From positions 930,001-962,000 of the forward strand of contig NZ_CP006867.1 in the NCBI RefSeq assembly GCF_001481685.1: DNA of 32,000 nt. The letters run 5' to 3'. Below the pieces are notes generated by a model. That model saw nothing but the letters and a program-made list of their open reading frames with translations. It was not told the origin of the DNA and did not search any database. Numbering within the stretch: position 1 is the first letter of the stretch; each line of letters starts with the position of its first letter. Made by a program: the position numbers and the translations under genes. Origin of the DNA: Ignicoccus islandicus DSM 13165. Its GTDB lineage: Archaea > Thermoproteota > Thermoprotei_A > Sulfolobales > Ignicoccaceae. Below are positions 27,972 to 32,000 of this stretch, one piece after another.

Positions 27972-29165
27972 ATCTTTAATAATGAAAAGTGCGGAAGCGA
28001 AGTACTGTAACGCAAGGGGTAGCGAGAACGGATTGAGGAAAGAGAACAACGGGGTTAGCAATAGGAGGTACTCCTCCCTCAGCCTTCCTTTCCCAACCCT
28101 TCCCCCCTTGGGCGTAACTTCCCATTTAAACGGCTGATTTAGGAGCGCTCTCAATGAACTCATTATTAGAGATATAGACATAGCTAGCCCCGCTGCAGAC
28201 GCCCTCGAAAGCGACCTAACGTCGTGGTCAACTCCGTTTGCCTCACACGCCTCCTTGACTAAGAGCGATTGCGCAAGGACGGAGAAGTAATAAACGAATA
28301 GGCTTAGCGGGGAGAGACCTAACGGAGACGCGACCAGAGCTAGGAGGGGGAGCCACGTTTGGGCGTACTGGGTAAGGTAAAACGCGAGCTCGATGTCCTT
28401 CCAGTCCTTCACCCTAAGCCTCTTTAGAGACCTAATGGCGCCGTAGTTCCATCTGTTCTGTTGCCTCTTGAGGTCGAAGTAACTGGAAGGTACTTCCACG
28501 GCCACCTTCCCTTCGTTCAAGTCAGCCGTTACGCCGAGTTTAGATAGCTCAACCCCTAGTGCCAAGTCCTCCGTTATCTCCTCTGGCCATTTGACTTTTT
28601 CCAATATCTCGCTCTTGACGCAAACGCCGGATCCCGGTGCCAATACCTTGAGGCCTAGGGCCTTCCTTCCCTTAAGGAGAGTGAGAGAGGCTATATCCGT
28701 GACAACCTTGAGGCTCTTGGACCACTTATTTGGAACGGAGTAGTAACCATTCCATAAGGATGCCGAGTACTCCAAGCATCGGGGCTCGAAGCCTTCTAGG
28801 GGATGGGAATCTGCATCGAACACCACTACGCAATCTGCCGTGGTATACCTCAAGGCCTCGTTTAAGGCTCGAGCTTTCCCGTTTTCGGCCCCTCCAATGA
28901 CTTTTACGTCTTTTAAATCGGCGTACTTACTTATTTCATCGGAACCCACTATCAGTATTACTTCCTTAGGGTTAAGGACGTTCTTAATCTTTTCAATGTT
29001 TTCAATAACCATTTGTTTGTCCTCTCGCAGAGCTGGGACGTGAACGCTCAAGTTCTCGCATTTTGGACCTTTAGAACTAGCGCTCTTCTTTGATCCGAAA
29101 GCGTACATTGCTTGAAGGGCGTGATAGAGGGAGGCTATTAGCAGAAGGACGTCGCTAACGCTCAA
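27954..29165 (-). CDS. Membrane glycosyltransferase, family 2 type
   Basis: LIVGSDEI, ARALNEALRYTTADCVVVFDADSHP, ITEDLALGVELSKLG, QQNRWNYGAIRSLKR and TM helices. Confidence 0.85.
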   Translation of the reverse strand: MSVSDVLLLIASLYHALQAMYAFGSKKSASSKGPKCENLSVHVPALREDKQMVIENIEKIKNVLNPKEVILIVGSDEISKYADLKDVKVIGGAENGKARALNEALRYTTADCVVVFDADSHPLEGFEPRCLEYSASLWNGYYSVPNKWSKSLKVVTDIASLTLLKGRKALGLKVLAPGSGVCVKSEILEKVKWPEEITEDLALGVELSKLGVTADLNEGKVAVEVPSSYFDLKRQQNRWNYGAIRSLKRLRVKDWKDIELAFYLTQYAQTWLPLLALVASPLGLSPLSLFVYYFSVLAQSLLVKEACEANGVDHDVRSLSRASAAGLAMSISLIMSSLRALLNQPFKWEVTPKGGRVGKGRLREEYLLLLTPLFSFLNPFSLPLALQYFASALFIIKDSKEFS

Positions 29166-29254
29166 TTTAGTCTTCCTAAGGGTTACTGCGTTCGGGCATT
29201 AAAGGGAAGGCTTTTAGTAAGGCAAAGACCCTAATGTAAAGATATGGTGGGCTC

Positions 29255-29506
29255 GTGGAGTACCCACCGGCCGCTCTAGCGAGGATCTTACGCAAGAAGT
29301 ACTACGTAGCCAGGCATGCGGACTGGTTAATAGTTATGGACAAGGATTGTAAGGAATACCTAGCGACGGTTTACGTTTACCCGAGGTACCGCGAAGTAGT
29401 AGTTGTCGATAGGGATTCGGTTTACGATGACGTAGTTAAAGCACTGAAGGAGTTAAACCTCGACTTCGAAGTCTCGCGGAGAGAGCCTCAGATCCCTTCC
29501 TTTTGA
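29255..29506 (+). CDS. Hypothetical small protein
   Basis: 83 aa ORF, 3' end overlaps the next convergent gene by 71 nt. Confidence 0.5.
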   Translation: MEYPPAALARILRKKYYVARHADWLIVMDKDCKEYLATVYVYPRYREVVVVDRDSVYDDVVKALKELNLDFEVSRREPQIPSF

Positions 29507-31043
29507 GTTCCACGCATAGCTCTCGAGGCGCGTTCGATTCCATTAAGGACGTACCTACTAGGGCGCCTCGAAAGCCCCATGAGGCAACCTTCATCGCGTC
29601 TTCAGGGCTCTTCACGCCCGATTCGGCTAACGGAAAGGCCCTCCTTATTAGAAAGCCCCCATCGTGAAGCCTGTTAATGTCTACCTTCAATGTCTTGAAG
29701 TCACGCGAGTTCATTCCGAGCACGTCCACGTAAGGTTTCTTATCATAGATAACTAGGTCCTCTTTGTTACTCACCTCAACCAAGGTCTGAAGGCCTCTGG
29801 CCTTAGCTTTTCTAGCTAAATAAGACAATTCGTCCTCCCCCAGAACGTCTACCATTAACAGAACTGCGTCAGCTCCAAACGCGTAAGCTATATCTATCTG
29901 AAACGGATCGACTACGAAGTCCTTCATCAGTATTGGTTTATCGGTTATAGAAGAGATTAACCTTAGGTTTTCGTACGATCCCTTGAACCACTTAGGTTCG
30001 GTCAGCACTGAGAAGGCACTTGAGCACGGTCTGACCTCGTTAACGTAGTCTATTGGGGCCCACTTGGCCCTAACCCCGCTCGGAGAAGAAGGTTTGAATT
30101 CCGTTATTATTGAGAACGCGTCCTTCTCTAAACTCGCTCTGAAGTCAATTACCCCCTTCTTGTCCCTTTTAGGTAACGCTAAGCTCTTCCTCTCAAATTC
30201 TATTCTATTTAACGTATAGTTGACTATTTCCTCTATCATCTCGATCTCAAGACGTCTTCGGCTTCTTTTAAGGAATTCGCTCAGTACCTTCTGAGCCTTC
30301 TCTTGCGCGTTTTCCTTGGTGGGTCCCGAGGCTAGTACGCACACCCTTACGAAGCTCCTCTCTCCCTCTATACCCGGATGGCTCTTAATGTACACATCGG
30401 GATAGACCTCAGCGAACTTCTTCAGTAGGGGAGCTAATTCGGCCTCCCTCACGTCCTCTAAACGCTCGCATACTTCGACCTTCGCATATAAGTTCTCCTT
30501 CTGCAATTCTTCGGTTACGAACTCATTTAACATGGCTTCCATTTCCCTGGGTACTCCAGGAAGAGAAAATATTTTGCACCTGTTCAATTTGACGTATATT
30601 CCCGGTGCTACGCCTACTTTATTTGGAATCGGTTGGGCCAAGCACGGCAACACGGCCATCTTCCTCCTTACTTCGTCAACTTCCTCTATTTCTTGGCCAT
30701 AGATCTCTCTCAGCTTGTTCCTTACCATTTCCAATGCCTCTTCGTTCAAGCACAAGGGCGATCCTATCGCGTACGCTATGGCCTCGGCCGTTACGTCGTC
30801 GTACGTTGGCCCGAGCCCCCCAGTAGTTATTACGACGCCCGCATCGTAGCAGAGTTCCTTCACTGCTTCGGCTATAGCGTCGATGTCGTCCCTAACCTTC
30901 CTAATTTCTACTACGTCAAAGCCTAAGGTCGTTAGTACTCTAGCGATCTTTTGAGAGTTGGTGTCAGTTATTCTGCCTACGAGTACCTCGTTGCCTATTA
31001 CTAAAATCGCCGCGCTCCATTTCTTAAGGTAAGGGTTCGTCAT
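29436..31043 (-). CDS. Fusion of a CinA-like/molybdopterin-binding domain with indole-3-glycerol-phosphate synthase
   Basis: N-part ILVIGNEVLVGRITDTNSQ, VVITTGGLGPTYDDVTAEAIA, PGVPREMEAM; C-part SIITEFKPSSPSG, ILMKDFVVDPFQIDIAYAFGADAVLLMV, LVEVSN, LGMNSRDFKTLKVD, LAESGVKSPEDAM; one uninterrupted 535-codon frame. Confidence 0.85.
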   Translation of the reverse strand: MTNPYLKKWSAAILVIGNEVLVGRITDTNSQKIARVLTTLGFDVVEIRKVRDDIDAIAEAVKELCYDAGVVITTGGLGPTYDDVTAEAIAYAIGSPLCLNEEALEMVRNKLREIYGQEIEEVDEVRRKMAVLPCLAQPIPNKVGVAPGIYVKLNRCKIFSLPGVPREMEAMLNEFVTEELQKENLYAKVEVCERLEDVREAELAPLLKKFAEVYPDVYIKSHPGIEGERSFVRVCVLASGPTKENAQEKAQKVLSEFLKRSRRRLEIEMIEEIVNYTLNRIEFERKSLALPKRDKKGVIDFRASLEKDAFSIITEFKPSSPSGVRAKWAPIDYVNEVRPCSSAFSVLTEPKWFKGSYENLRLISSITDKPILMKDFVVDPFQIDIAYAFGADAVLLMVDVLGEDELSYLARKAKARGLQTLVEVSNKEDLVIYDKKPYVDVLGMNSRDFKTLKVDINRLHDGGFLIRRAFPLAESGVKSPEDAMKVASWGFRGALVGTSLMESNAPRELCVELKRKGSEALSARLRSRGLTPSVL

Positions 31044-31048
31044 TTGCT

Positions 31049-31849
31049 TTACGACACCTCTAAATCCCCGATTATTTTCTCAGCCACCTTCTTTCCTGAA
31101 GCTAGCATTCCGCCGAAGACGGGCCCCATTCTGGGAAGCCTATAGAAGCTAGCAACGGACATCCCGGCCGCGTATAATCCTTCAAGCACCTTTCCGGTAT
31201 ACTTAACTACGAGCTTCTCGGCCTCGTCTATCCAAGCTCCGTATTCCCTTCCAACCTCGAAGTTCACGTTCGGGAGCTTCTTAGACGCTATCTTCAGTAT
31301 CTCTGCGTCGTGTCCGGTAGCGTCAACGACTGCTTTTGCTTTGAAGAATATCGGATCAACGTGGAGACCGGATAGGTAAATAGGCGACCATAGAGCTACT
31401 ACTCCCTTTACCTTGGTCACACCTTCTTCTATTCTGTATATTAGGTCCTCGACGTGCATTCCGAGAACTATCTTCGCTCCAGCCGAAACGGAGGCGTTGC
31501 TTAGCTTCGCTACTAACGCGGCGGCATCGGTTGTGTACAAATTATCATCAACTTTCTTTAAGGGAACACCGAGCTCTTCGGCTATTTCCTTAGGATTGTA
31601 GCCCTCTAACTCCACGTCCTCTACCACTACCTTATGGAAGAGGCTTCCTCCTCCAGAGATACCGCCTCCTAAGCTAACCCTCCTTTCTAGTATTAGGACC
31701 TTAAGACCGGCTTTCGCAAGGTAATGGGAAGCCGTGAGTCCGGCCGGACCTGCTCCAACTATTACTACGTCAACGCCCTTCGCCATTTGGGATAGTTCCT
31801 TTGAGCTTTCCTCTATTATTATTGAGGTGACCTTACCCTCATCTATCAT
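31049..31849 (-). CDS. thi4: Thiazole synthase Thi4-type, sulfide-dependent ADP-thiazole synthase
   Basis: VDVVIVGAGPAGLTASHYLAKAGLKVLILER, SLGGGISGGGSLFHKVVV, GLHVDPIFF (His where Cys-donor Thi4 enzymes carry Cys), GMSVASFYRLPRMGPVFGGMLASGKK. Confidence 0.92.
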   Translation of the reverse strand: MIDEGKVTSIIIEESSKELSQMAKGVDVVIVGAGPAGLTASHYLAKAGLKVLILERRVSLGGGISGGGSLFHKVVVEDVELEGYNPKEIAEELGVPLKKVDDNLYTTDAAALVAKLSNASVSAGAKIVLGMHVEDLIYRIEEGVTKVKGVVALWSPIYLSGLHVDPIFFKAKAVVDATGHDAEILKIASKKLPNVNFEVGREYGAWIDEAEKLVVKYTGKVLEGLYAAGMSVASFYRLPRMGPVFGGMLASGKKVAEKIIGDLEVS

Positions 31850-32000
31850 AATAAAGCTACCTAAAGTAATTCACTCTGTGAAAGGTAAATGAAGATTAGT
31901 TAGCGCAAAAACACCTATTTGAAGGCGGAATAATTAGAACTACTAACGCTTGCCTTAGAGTTCAACCTTTCGCTCGACGCGATGGAAGGTGTTCCTTCCA

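Overview
This is a compact, gene-dense crenarchaeal window, possibly Desulfurococcales/Ignicoccus-like (inference from gene content only). Most of it is housekeeping or metabolic: an iron/thiamine-type ABC transporter, rnhB, hisS, pcm, gatA, crcB, an SQR-like + DUF1641 pair, a prepilin-peptidase-like gene, an MTA phosphorylase, class II aldolase, serA, hisB, trpE, DUF1512, Trm112-like, an MTHFR-like gene, a family 2 glycosyltransferase, a CinA-like/TrpC fusion and thi4. There are three complete tRNAs: Ala-CGC, Arg-CCG and Val-GAC. The accessory section is about 9.03-13.5 kb. It holds a 20-repeat, 19-spacer CRISPR array (9614-10899, 26-nt repeat) with no adjacent cas operon, followed by about 2.6 kb of mostly broken sequence. 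That broken section contains an AF2212/DUF104-like antitoxin ORF, a 14-residue PIN-toxin N-terminus, an intact-looking UPF0175/DUF3368 toxin-antitoxin pair, a possible RAMP-like protein remnant, and an orphan tRNA-Arg(TCG)-like 3' half about 1.9 kb from an intact tRNA-Arg(CCG). The orphan half could be an integration scar or a split-tRNA exon. The most interesting points are the orphan tRNA half, a stand-alone Cas6-like gene at 22.3 kb, two repeat classes in the CRISPR array, a CinA-like/IGPS fusion, a PaREP1-like gene broken in a homopolymer, and a GC-rich structured RNA candidate at about 2.83-3.0 kb. I found no clearly new multi-gene system.
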